A DNA stretch of 64,000 bases, taken from a bacterium. Its GTDB lineage: Bacteria > SM23-31. Shown piece by piece: positions 39,611-50,065 of this stretch. Location of the stretch: NCBI GenBank assembly GCA_965249485.1, contig OZ252239.1, positions 2,528,001 through 2,592,000 on the forward strand, written 5' to 3'. The notes beneath the pieces were generated by a model. That model searched no databases. It saw only the letters and a list, made by a program, of their open reading frames with translations, and had not been told where the DNA came from. Every line of letters starts with the position of its first letter. Within the stretch, counting starts at the first letter, position 1. The translations under genes and the position numbers were made by a program.

Positions 39611-40249
39611 TTATTTACTCTCTGTTGCTATTCTGAAAATAACTTTTATGTCAACTTCTTCCGCTAATTGCAGGAATAAAAATTTTGGACGTTTTATACT
39701 GTAATCTCCAAGTTTTATCTGAAAAGATGCATTTACTGATAAATCCTCTGATAGTTGACTTTCGCTAAAAGCATCCACCCCTTCATTCTGTATCAACTTC
39801 AATGTGGCTTCAACCTCAACAGTGTTTGTTATTCCATGTACCTGAAAATCTCCCTGAACATTCATTTTTACAGATTTACCCGTAGATAATTCGTTTATAT
39901 CTGAATTTACTATTTTTAAAGGTTTAAACGTCGCAGTCGAATATTCATCTGTATTGAGAAATTGTTCGCTTCGCATATCCCGGTCCCGCATTGCAATACC
40001 GGTATTTAATGACACTAAATCGACAGTAATTGTACCGGAAATCCCATTTGTGAGATTATATATGTCCAGCTCGATATAGCCCGATACATTATTGGTGGTT
40101 CCGACAACTTTTTCAATAGGTGCATCCGATTCAAAACGGGCAAGATTATCGCTATGATTGTCAATAACGAGATATTGCCTCTCTTGAGCATTCAATGAAA
40201 CAGTTGAAATGAATAAGCAGATTATTGCACTAAATAATAATTTATACAT
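39611..40249 (-). CDS. YceI family polyisoprenoid-binding periplasmic protein
   Basis: Signal peptide ...SLNA|Q, LNTGIAMRDRDMR, FLNTDEY, GDFQVHGIT; start set after GAGGT RBS. Confidence 0.88.
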   Translation of the reverse strand: MYKLLFSAIICLFISTVSLNAQERQYLVIDNHSDNLARFESDAPIEKVVGTTNNVSGYIELDIYNLTNGISGTITVDLVSLNTGIAMRDRDMRSEQFLNTDEYSTATFKPLKIVNSDINELSTGKSVKMNVQGDFQVHGITNTVEVEATLKLIQNEGVDAFSESQLSEDLSVNASFQIKLGDYSIKRPKFLFLQLAEEVDIKVIFRIATESK

Positions 40250-40807
40250 TAAATACCTCATAATATTTTTAGTATTGGAGATGACGAGAACACGTTGAAA
40301 AACGCTTGAACATAATGACATGTTATTATATAAACTGTGATATGTTTCTAATCGTTCCAACCAGCATTAAAGTTCTATTTTAAAGATTAAAATGAATATA
40401 TCATTAAGAGTTGTTTCGCAATGGCATTCATTTTGCCTTACACTCTATGTCATTGATAAATTTTTGTAACACATGTGTGATGATTGATCAGATACTTTAT
40501 GTTAAAAATAAGACACGCAGTCGAGTAATCATTAATAAAATTCTTTAAACTAATAATAAATTATTACCAAAAGACCTTATAACTCATTAATAAATATATA
40601 ATTACGATACATTTGACGAATACCTTCTTACTTCTTATGATGGATCTTCTCGATTCCGGCCATCAGTAATTTAATTTACAAATCCGTGTAATTAATTTAA
40701 AATAATTTTAAAATCTCATCCAGATCATTTTACTATTTCTGGTAAATTTTATTCTGATTTCTAAAAAAAAGAATATTAACGAACTACTAATAAAAAAGGC
40801 AGTGCAT

Positions 40808-43800
40808 ATGGGTACAAAAAAATCGGTGTCAATGGATGGAAATGAAGCAGCAGCTTTCATTGCGCATAAAACTAATGAAGTGATTGCTATATATCCGATA
40901 ACTCCGTCGAGCACTATGGGGGAATTAGCCGATGAATGGTCGGCATTTAACCGTAAAAATATTTGGGGGACTGTTCCGGTTGTAATCGAAATGCAAAGCG
41001 AAGGAGGAGCTTCCGGCGCAGTGCATGGTTCACTGCAAACAGGTGCGTTGACAACAACATTTACTGCTTCACAAGGGCTTTTGCTCATGATTCCGAACAT
41101 GTTTAAGATTGCCGGTGAATTGACGCCTACGGTTTTCCAGGTTTCTGCCAGAACTGTCGCTACACATGCACTATCTATTTTTGGTGATCATAGTGATGTT
41201 ATGGCAGCCCGGCAGACCGGATTTGCGATGTTGGCAAGTAATAATCCACAGGAAGTCATGGATCAAGCACTAATTGCACAAGCTTCTACTCTTGCTACTC
41301 GCATTCCCTTCATCCATTTTTTTGATGGATTTAGAACTAGTCATGAAGCCAGAAAAGTTGAATTGATAAGCGATGAAAATATTAGTAGGATGATGGATGA
41401 TGAACTAATATTTCAGCACCGACAGAGAGCATTGAATCCTGACAGACCTGTCATCAGAGGGACAAGCCAAAATCCCGATGTGTTTTTTCAAGTCCGTGAA
41501 ACGGCCAACAACTATTACACGCAATGCCCTGACATGGTCCAAGATGAGATGGACAATTTTGCGAAATTAATCAGGAAGACAATATAAGCTATTTGACTTT
41601 GTCGGCGCACCTGATGCTGAAAAAATCATAATACTGATGGGATCAGGGGCAGATACTGCTCACGACATGGTTGATTTTCTGACAGAAAAGGGCGAAAAAA
41701 TCGGTCTTGTTAAAGTCCGCCTTTTTCGTCCTTTTAGTGATAAGCGTCTTCTTGAGGCAATTCCGGAAACTGTAAAGAAAATTGCTGTTCTTGACCGAAC
41801 TAAAGAACCAGGTGCATTAGGTGATCCACTTTTGCTTGATGTTATCACTTCCTTTTCACAAAATGGCCGTTCCCCTCTTATTATTGGTGGCAGATATGGT
41901 CTATCAAGTAAAGAGTTTACTCCGGCAATGATCAAAGGTATTTTTGATGAACTTGGTAAAGAAAACCCAAAAACACGTTTTACAGTTGGAATTAAAGATG
42001 ATGTTTCGCATTTGAGTATCGATTTTGACTCGTCTGTCAATATTGAAAAGGAAAATGTTGTCAGAGCTATGTTTTATGGACTTGGATCTGACGGCACAGT
42101 CAGTGCTAATAAAAACAGTATCAAAATTATTGGAGAGAACACATCGAATTATGCTCAGGGGTATTTTGTTTATGATTCGAAAAAAGCAGGTGCAGTTACA
42201 GTTTCTCATCTAAGGTTTGGACCCGAACCAATTCGGATATCTTGTTTGATTGATTGTGCTAATTTCATAGGTTGTCACCAGTACAATTTTCTTGAAAAGT
42301 ATGATATACTTCAAAATGCTCATGAAGGCGCAACGTTTCTCCTGAATACCTCATATGATAAGGACACTATCTGGGATAAGATTCCTAAATCGGTTCAGCA
42401 GAAGATCATTGATAAAAAATTGCAGTTTTATGCAATAGATGCGTATCAAGTTGCCAAAGAAGCATATCTGGGTGTCCGTATAAACACAATCATGCAAACC
42501 TGTTTTTTTGCAATTTCCGGTGTGCTGCCGCAAAAGCAGGCAATTGATGAAATAAAAAAATCAATTAAGAAAACATACGCTAAAAAGGGCGATGTGATTG
42601 TTCAAAAGAATTTTGGTGCTGTCGATAAAGCACTGTCAAATTTGCATAAAGTAAAAGTTCCGGAGAATGCCACAAGTACATATGATCTTAAGTCAATTGT
42701 GCCTTCAGATGCTCCAGAATTTGTCAGAGAAGTCACCGCGGAAATTATGGCGGGTCGGGGAGATGACATACCGGTTTCAAAATTCCCAATTGATGGTGCC
42801 TGGCCGATGGCAACGACACAATGGGAAAAGCGATGTATAGCTTTAGAAATCCCTGTATGGGATGAGGATATCTGCATCCAGTGTGGTAAATGTGTTATAA
42901 TATGTCCTCATGCAACAATTCGAGCTAAAATGTTCGAACCGAAAGTATTGAAAAATCCGCCTTCAACGTTCAAAGCTGTACAAGCACGTGGAAAAGGTGT
43001 AGAAGATTATCAATATAGCCTCCAGATTGCCCCGGAAGATTGCACAGGTTGTGCATTGTGTGTCCACTTCTGCCCTGTCAGAAACAAAAAAGAACCGAAA
43101 TTAAAAGCTATAAATATGCGGCCCCTTGAATCCATTCGCAAAAATGAAAAAAAGAATTATGACTATCTTTTGAAATTGCCAGATTATGAACGGACGGAAC
43201 TCAAAATCGATACTGCAAAAGGTGTGCAATTTTTAAAACCTCTTTTTGAATATTCAGGTGCGTGTTCCGGATGTGGCGAAACGCCGTATGTCAAATTGCT
43301 CACTCAGTTATTTGGAGACAGATCAATTATAGCAAATGCAACCGGGTGCTCATCAATTTACGGAGGAAATTTACCGACTACTCCATATTCTATTGATAGT
43401 GCCGGAAGAGGACCCGCCTGGTCGAATTCTTTATTTGAAGATAATGCTGAGTTTGGGTTAGGATTCCGTCTTTCGATTGATAAACAGGCAGAATTTGCAC
43501 GTGAATTAATTGAATTTCTACAAGATAAAATCGGATATGAATTGTCTCATGCAATCATTCATGCTCCTCAAACGACAGAATCTGAGATTGGAGAACAACG
43601 CATACGGGTTGAAAAACTCAGAAAGCAACTCAAGAAGATTGATACACCAGAAGCAAACAGGCTCCTGAATGTATCCGATGCTCTTGTGAAGCGAAGTATA
43701 TGGATTGTCGGCGGAGACGGTTGGGCCTATGATATAGGCTTTGGAGGGCTTGATCATGTCATTTCGTCCGGGCGAAATATCAATCTGCTTGTTTTGGATA

Positions 43801-44411
43801 CCGAAGTCTACTCGAACACCGGTGGGCAGATGTCCAAATCAACTCCACGTGGTGCTGTTGCGAAATTTGCTGCTGGTGGAAAACCGGTAGCTAAAAAAGA
43901 TTTAGGTCGCATTGCAATGAGTTATGGTAATGTCTATGTTGCTCAAGTTGCGATGGGTGCTAATGACTCACAGACAATAAAAGCATTCAGAGAAGCAGAA
44001 GCATACAACGGTCCGAGTATTATTATCGCATACAGCCATTGTATTGCCTGGGGTATTAATATGTCAACAGCAACTGATCAGTATAAAACTGCAGTACAAT
44101 CCGGGCATTGGCTACTCTATCGGTACAATCCGGAAAATGTTTTAAAAGGAGAAAACCCCCTTCATCTTGATTCTAAAGCTCCAAATTTGCGCATTAAAGA
44201 CTATATGTACAATGAAACACGGTTTAAGATGCTCACAAAGATTAAGCCGGAACAGGCCGAATTCTTATTGAAAGATTCTCAAGACGATGTAGAGAAGCGA
44301 TGGACGTTTTATGAATATATGTCCTCCATGGATTACAGCCAATATAAAAATAACGGCAAAGACGATCCAGAAAAATCGGAAGAAAAATCCGACTCCAATA
44401 ATAATGAATAA
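40808..44411 (+). CDS. nifJ: Pyruvate:ferredoxin (flavodoxin) oxidoreductase, single-chain type; +1 frameshift at ~41570
   Basis: AIYPITPSS, EMQSEGGA, GGRYGLSSKEF, two CxxCxxCxxxCP, ACSGCGETPY, GGDGWAYDIG. Junction reads FAKL-a-SGRQYKLFDFVGAPDAE. Confidence 0.93.
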
Positions 44412-44453
44412 TAAATCGAAACTGTTCAACATAAATGCGTAAAGGGTAATGTT

Positions 44454-45452
44454 ATGATAGATTTTTCTACAAAGTATATGGGACTGAATTTACGTAATCC
44501 TTTAGTGCCTTCAGCATCGCCACTAACACATAGTGTTGATAATGTTAAGAAATTGGAAGAAGCTGGTGCTGGTGCAATTGTAATGGATTCATTATTTGAA
44601 GAAGAAATCAATCTTGAAGCAGCAGAATTGAATCATTATCTGGAATATAGTACGGAATCTTTTGCAGAATCACTGTCATACTACCCTACTCATGAAGATT
44701 ATTATGTCGGTCCTGAACTCTATCTTGAGCGAATCAAAAAACTGAAAAGTGCAGTAGACATTCCGGTTATAGCAAGCCTGAATGGAAAAGATACTGGTAC
44801 ATGGACCAACTATGCAAAGCTGATTGAAGAGGCGGGCGCTGATGCTATTGAGCTCAATATATATCTGTTTGAAACATCATTCGATATTACCGGAACTGAG
44901 GTTGAAAAACGGTATATCGATATAGTAAAATCAGTTAAATCCAATATCAAAATACCGGTTGCCGTAAAACTTGGTCCATTCTTCAGCGCGTTTGCATCCC
45001 ATGCGAAACGGTTAGTAGATGAGGGTAAAGCCGATGCACTTGTTATATTTAACCGTTACTATCAGCCCGATTTTGATATTGAAAATCTCAATGTAATTCC
45101 AAATTTGGTTTTAAGTGATCCTCTTGAAATGAGACTACCTCTCCAATGGATAGCGTTGCTGTATGAACGTGTTGATGCCTCACTTGCATTTACGCGTGGA
45201 GTTCACTCCCATGAAGATGTTGTCAAAGCAATTATGGCTGGTGCTGATGTAGTCCAGATGGCGTCAGTTCTCTTGAAAGAAGGAATCGGAAAACTCAAAG
45301 ATATTTTCAATGATCTCAAGCTCTGGATGGAAGAAAACGAATACGAATCCACTGATTTTATGCGTGGGAGTCTCAGTCATAAATTCTGTCCTGATCCATC
45401 TGCACTGGAAAGGGCAAATTATATGAAAATACTTAAGAGTTACTCTGCATAG
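44454..45452 (+). CDS. Dihydroorotate dehydrogenase-like flavoprotein (nifJ-associated type)
   Basis: STKYMGLNLRNP, SLFEEEI, IASLNG, ELNIY, FNRYYQPD; lacks the NxSCPN catalytic motif. Confidence 0.85.
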   Translation: MIDFSTKYMGLNLRNPLVPSASPLTHSVDNVKKLEEAGAGAIVMDSLFEEEINLEAAELNHYLEYSTESFAESLSYYPTHEDYYVGPELYLERIKKLKSAVDIPVIASLNGKDTGTWTNYAKLIEEAGADAIELNIYLFETSFDITGTEVEKRYIDIVKSVKSNIKIPVAVKLGPFFSAFASHAKRLVDEGKADALVIFNRYYQPDFDIENLNVIPNLVLSDPLEMRLPLQWIALLYERVDASLAFTRGVHSHEDVVKAIMAGADVVQMASVLLKEGIGKLKDIFNDLKLWMEENEYESTDFMRGSLSHKFCPDPSALERANYMKILKSYSA

Positions 45453-45649
45453 GAATGAGAGTAAGCCTGCGGAATAAGCGTCAATCTACATTCCTTTAAT
45501 CTCACCATTCATACTGATTTTTTCACCACTTTTTGCTATCTTGAAATTTTTTCCTTTCTTAAAGCAGATTTTATGTTAAATTAGTTAAAATTTGCGCCAA
45601 AACCGACTCTGTTCCGGTTGTTCTACTTTTTAATAATTTGGGAGGTATA

Positions 45650-46255
45650 ATGAAACGAATCATCACACTGGTAATGTGTGTTTTTCTTACTACATCTGCA
45701 TTTGCACAGGAAAAATTTTTTACTGCTATTGTAGGATCGGGAGTGAGCTTGCCAAGAAATCCTGATAATTTTGAAGATTTGTGGCTTAAAGGTACAAATA
45801 TATCCGGTGGTTTATACTATTCATTGAACAGTTTCATTAAGATAGGTATACAAAGTGGTCAGTATGATTTTAACTTTGATAGTAAGAAATTTGAAAATCA
45901 ATTTGATGATATCTTAAATGTTAACGTTTCGGGAAGTGATGCGTCGGTGTTTATATTTATGCCAAGTGTCCGTGTTACAGCCCCTTCATTAGAGCGGTTT
46001 GTTCCATTTGTTCAAGCTGGTCTGGGATATTTTCGCGTGGATATAGAAGGTGGTGAGATTTTCACTGATGTTGGAAATAGTAGATTGTTGAGTGATAAAG
46101 AGTCTGCTATCGGATATATGATTGGTGGCGGTGTGGAAATAAATCTAAATTACAGATCGAGTTTGATTCTTGAATTGGGATTGATTGCCGGTCAAACAGA
46201 AGATGAAGTTACAACGCTGCTCCCATTTGAGTTCAAATACCTTTTTAGGATGTAG
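45650..46255 (+). CDS. Outer membrane beta-barrel protein (OmpA/OmpW-like)
   Basis: Signal ...SAFA|Q, PFVQAGLGY, GYMIGGGVE; amphipathic C-terminal strand. Confidence 0.75.
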   Translation: MKRIITLVMCVFLTTSAFAQEKFFTAIVGSGVSLPRNPDNFEDLWLKGTNISGGLYYSLNSFIKIGIQSGQYDFNFDSKKFENQFDDILNVNVSGSDASVFIFMPSVRVTAPSLERFVPFVQAGLGYFRVDIEGGEIFTDVGNSRLLSDKESAIGYMIGGGVEINLNYRSSLILELGLIAGQTEDEVTTLLPFEFKYLFRM

Positions 46256-46299
46256 CATCGCTCTTTATATAATCGATTATGTGATTATAATATTGATAT

Positions 46300-46337
46300 A
46301 AAAGCCACGCATCCGATAAAGTAAACGTGGCTTTTTT
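46300..46337. terminator. Probable bidirectional terminator
   Basis: AAAAGCCACG...CGTGGCTTTTTT between convergent genes. Confidence 0.7.
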
Positions 46338-46371
46338 AATTGAATTATCAAAGAAGCTATCAAAATAACGA

Positions 46372-47148
46372 TTATGTTTCACGGTGAACAATAGCACCCG
46401 TCGCCTGATTTGTAGCAAGCATAGTTAATTCAGTTATATTTGCATGTGCCGGGCGAGTGGCACAGAATATTACTGTTTCCGCAATATCATCCGCAGTTAG
46501 CGCATTTATTCCTTTATATACCGTTGCTGCCCGTTCTTTATCTCCCTTAAATCGTACTGTGCTGAATTCTGTGTCAACGAGTCCGGGTGAAACAGAAGTT
46601 ATTTTTATCGGAGTATCCACTGTATCAATGAGCATTCCTTCATTTAAGGCACGTACGGCAAATTTACTTGCGCAATACACGTTTCCCCGGGGATAGACAC
46701 TATAACCTGCTATTGAGCCTATATTAATAATGTGACCATTGCCTCGCTGAAGCATACCGGGAAGTACTGCCCTTGTAACATACAGCAGACCTTTCACATT
46801 CGTGTCTAACATACGTTCCCAATCATAAATGTCACCATCTTGAATTTTATCCAACCCCTGTGATAAGCCTGCATTGTTGATGAGTATATCTACAGATTTC
46901 CATTCATCCGGCAATCCCTCCACAATCTTCTTCACCTCATCTCTCTCTCGAACATCCAATTGATACCAAACAGTTTCTGTGCCGTACTGATTGCGTAAGG
47001 AATCCGACAATACTTTGAGGTTTTCAGTTCTTCTAGCAGCAAGAATGAGTTTAGTACCTTCTGCCGCAAAATACTCTGCACATGCTTTACCAATACCGGC
47101 ACTGGCACCGGTTACAATAACTATTTTACCTTTAAGTGATTCTGCCAC
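46372..47148 (-). CDS. SDR oxidoreductase (YdfG-like NADP-dependent 3-hydroxy acid dehydrogenase)
   Basis: TGASAGIG, NNAG, YCASK, PGLVDTEFSTVRFKGD. Confidence 0.9.
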   Translation of the reverse strand: MAESLKGKIVIVTGASAGIGKACAEYFAAEGTKLILAARRTENLKVLSDSLRNQYGTETVWYQLDVRERDEVKKIVEGLPDEWKSVDILINNAGLSQGLDKIQDGDIYDWERMLDTNVKGLLYVTRAVLPGMLQRGNGHIINIGSIAGYSVYPRGNVYCASKFAVRALNEGMLIDTVDTPIKITSVSPGLVDTEFSTVRFKGDKERAATVYKGINALTADDIAETVIFCATRPAHANITELTMLATNQATGAIVHRET

Positions 47149-47204
47149 AGTATTCTCCTCTCAATAAGATCAAACATAATATAATAATCGACTCTGTAAT
47201 TTTC

Positions 47205-48359
47205 TTATTGCAAAAACAGTGGTAATCCCTTCATATTCTTGTAAATTGGTCTGTAGCGTTTTGTGTTATAAAACCGCTTTACATTGACAATCCGTTTTGC
47301 TGCTGTTACCATTCCAATCGGAACTGTTGCGTACTTTCCTTCAACTAGTGCTGTCATTATGCCAAAATCACCGCTTATAATAGAATCGACAGCAATGTTT
47401 GCGAAAAATCCAGCTACCAATTTGTCAACAGCATCTGGTGAGCCGCTCCGCATGAGATAAGAAAGTCGCTGCACTATCGTTTTATATCCAGTTTTCGATT
47501 CAATATAATCACCAACTTTGTATCCTATTCCGCCGAGTCTTCTATGTCCGTACTGATCGTGTTTTCCGCTTTCAACGATCAGACCACCTTCTGGCTTTGC
47601 ACCTTCTGATACAAGAACAACAGCATAATTTGACGGATTGTTTTTTCTATCATAAAGCAACAATTCAATTAGATGATCCCAATCGAAGTCGTATTCGGGA
47701 ATAAGAACCCGGACTTCCCGGGATACATACCCGGTATACAAAGCTGTAAAACCGGCATTTCTTCCGAACAATTCAATAACACCAAACCGTTCATGAGATC
47801 CCATCGGTGTTCTCAGATCGGTTAGTATATTCATTGATTTAGATATTGCCGTACTAAATCCTATACTAAATTCAGTACCGTTAACATCATTATCCATAGT
47901 TTTTGGTACGCCGACAATATTGACTCCGAGTGAGCTCAAATGTGCCGCATAACTGAGGGTATCATCGCCTCCAATGGCTACAATTGCGTCAATTCCGAGA
48001 CGTTCAATATTCCTGAGCACATCTTTGGTCATATCAGTTTCTTGATCGAGTCGTATCCCCCTGTATTTCTCCAAATCTGTATTATGGTGAACTTTTAACG
48101 GATTTGTTCGGGATGTATGGAGAATCGTTCCCCCGGTTCTGTCGATTTTTCGGACATTAATTTTATTAAGATTTACAATTTGCTCCGAATCATCACCATT
48201 TCCGTCAGGATCCATGTAGATCAGACCTCCCCATCCTCGTCTGATTCCGATGACATTCAGACCTTCATACTGTGCGCGAATAGTCGTATCATGTATTACG
48301 ATATTCAATCCGGGAACATCTCCACCACCAGTCAGAATGGCGATTTTTTTAATTTTCAT
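47205..48359 (-). CDS. 6-phosphofructokinase (probably PPi-dependent)
   Basis: TGGGDVPGLN, GGTILHTSR, GGDDT, PKTMDND, ELFGR. Confidence 0.9.
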   Translation of the reverse strand: MKIKKIAILTGGGDVPGLNIVIHDTTIRAQYEGLNVIGIRRGWGGLIYMDPDGNGDDSEQIVNLNKINVRKIDRTGGTILHTSRTNPLKVHHNTDLEKYRGIRLDQETDMTKDVLRNIERLGIDAIVAIGGDDTLSYAAHLSSLGVNIVGVPKTMDNDVNGTEFSIGFSTAISKSMNILTDLRTPMGSHERFGVIELFGRNAGFTALYTGYVSREVRVLIPEYDFDWDHLIELLLYDRKNNPSNYAVVLVSEGAKPEGGLIVESGKHDQYGHRRLGGIGYKVGDYIESKTGYKTIVQRLSYLMRSGSPDAVDKLVAGFFANIAVDSIISGDFGIMTALVEGKYATVPIGMVTAAKRIVNVKRFYNTKRYRPIYKNMKGLPLFLQ

Positions 48360-48377
48360 TATAACACCGTTTTTTAA

Positions 48378-49808
48378 TTATTCACTGCTGCATATTTCAA
48401 TGATAGTCAATAAGATATCCCAAATGTCGATTGTTGAGGCTATTTCGAGCTTCTCATGAATTGAATGTGCGTTGTGAATAGTTGGTCCGATTGATACCGA
48501 TTCCTGAATAGAAGATATTTTGTCCATAAGAATACCACACTCCAGCCCAGCATGGATATCAAGATATGATGGCTTTCCATTTCGAATGGTCTCATATGCT
48601 GTGCACACTATACTAAGAAGTTCAGAGTTCACATCTGGCTTCCATCCAGGATAACTGTTTCCTTGTACAAGTCTACAATTCGAAAAGTTTTCGCAGATGG
48701 ACTCAACAGTACTGATAACTTCAACTCTTTCGTTAGAATCGCTGCTTCTGGTGTTTAAGAACAAATCTATTGATTCTTCATGAGTAGTTATTAAACCAAG
48801 ATTGACTGAGCTGAACACACTTTCTGTATCGGTATTGATTTTTATTACACCATGAGGCAGGTCGCAGATTAATTGAAGCACATCTTCCGAATCGGACAGT
48901 GCTAAAGCTGCATCGGGTGGATCACATGGAGTAATTTCGATGGTAAAAGATTCAAATCCTTGATATGCTTTATTAATCACTTGAGAAGTATTGTTTATAT
49001 CATTGTCAGATATAGTATTACAGCAAAATGATAGTGCAGCATGTGCGGGAATTGCGTTCTTAGCAAATCCTCCGTTTAAAGTGCTTATTCGCACATTAGC
49101 GATCTCGGACAATATTTGAACATATTCAGCTGCGACCTTAATGGCATTGGGAATATTTTCGTGAATCTTTAGTCCGCTATGGCCTCCGGAAGACATCACG
49201 GTAACTAAATATCCAGATTCCGCAATATTTTCTTCCATTCGTACATTCTTGAAAATTTCAAAGTCTGTACCCCCTGAACAGCCAACTGTGACAGAATCAA
49301 TCTCTTCAGAATCAATATTAATCAACCGTGGCGACGTAAGCTTGATTGTATCGGTATCAATAAGTGTTGCCCCTAAAAGGCCGATTTCTTCTTGAACGGT
49401 AAAAAGAAACTCAAGCGGTGGATTCTTAGTGAATGGATAACTCATAAGTTCCAGCATGTAGGCCACAGCGATTCCATTATCAGCTCCGAGTGTAGTGTTT
49501 TGTGTCCGAACCCAACCATTCTCAATAATTGGCTGAATTGCAAATATCGATTCATTTGGTACACAAACCATATCCATATGTCCTTGAAACAACAACGAGG
49601 GTGCATTTTCTAACCCTCTCGATCCTTCTCGGTAAACTGCAACATTGCCGTGCTCATCACGTTGAAAAGCAAGCTTCAGTTTCCTGGCATAATCTACTAC
49701 AAACCCAATAACTTCATCTTCTTTACAAGGAGGTCTCTTGAGTGTGCATAGTTTTTCAAAATGTGGATAGATATGATTAAAAAAAATCGAATCATTCTTC
49801 ATCGTCAT
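48378..49808 (-). CDS. pepD: PepD-like aminoacyl-histidine dipeptidase (M20C)
   Basis: QGHMDMVC, LGADNGI, EEIGL, GGHSG, IHAGLECG, AHS. Confidence 0.85.
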   Translation of the reverse strand: MTMKNDSIFFNHIYPHFEKLCTLKRPPCKEDEVIGFVVDYARKLKLAFQRDEHGNVAVYREGSRGLENAPSLLFQGHMDMVCVPNESIFAIQPIIENGWVRTQNTTLGADNGIAVAYMLELMSYPFTKNPPLEFLFTVQEEIGLLGATLIDTDTIKLTSPRLINIDSEEIDSVTVGCSGGTDFEIFKNVRMEENIAESGYLVTVMSSGGHSGLKIHENIPNAIKVAAEYVQILSEIANVRISTLNGGFAKNAIPAHAALSFCCNTISDNDINNTSQVINKAYQGFESFTIEITPCDPPDAALALSDSEDVLQLICDLPHGVIKINTDTESVFSSVNLGLITTHEESIDLFLNTRSSDSNERVEVISTVESICENFSNCRLVQGNSYPGWKPDVNSELLSIVCTAYETIRNGKPSYLDIHAGLECGILMDKISSIQESVSIGPTIHNAHSIHEKLEIASTIDIWDILLTIIEICSSE

Positions 49809-50065
49809 TGCATTTTCCTCTTCATTCTTACTCTTTATCCATCACCGTTTTCAATATATGATGGAACTGACATTTCAGATCTGTAGTATGTGTGGTTTAT
49901 ATGTACCGTACAGGAAGGAAAGATCATAACGATATCAACAGAAATTTGAATACTCCGCATATCAGTTGGATATGTATCTGATATAAAATGAGAAGGATAG
50001 ATGTTTCTATATATGAAAAGTAATTGATTACGTTCAATTTTGCAAGATGAAATTCGCGTTCATTG

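Noticed and set aside
40476..40492. Crp/Fnr-like site TGTGA...TCAGA upstream of nifJ
   Set aside because: Spacing is 7 rather than 6 nt and the right half is imperfect.
45552..45581. TTATGTTAAAT (perfect XerD arm) as a second dif site; similar half-sites near 11978, 40497 and 60151
   Set aside because: No XerC-like arm at 6-bp spacing; such half-sites are expected in AT-rich promoter DNA.
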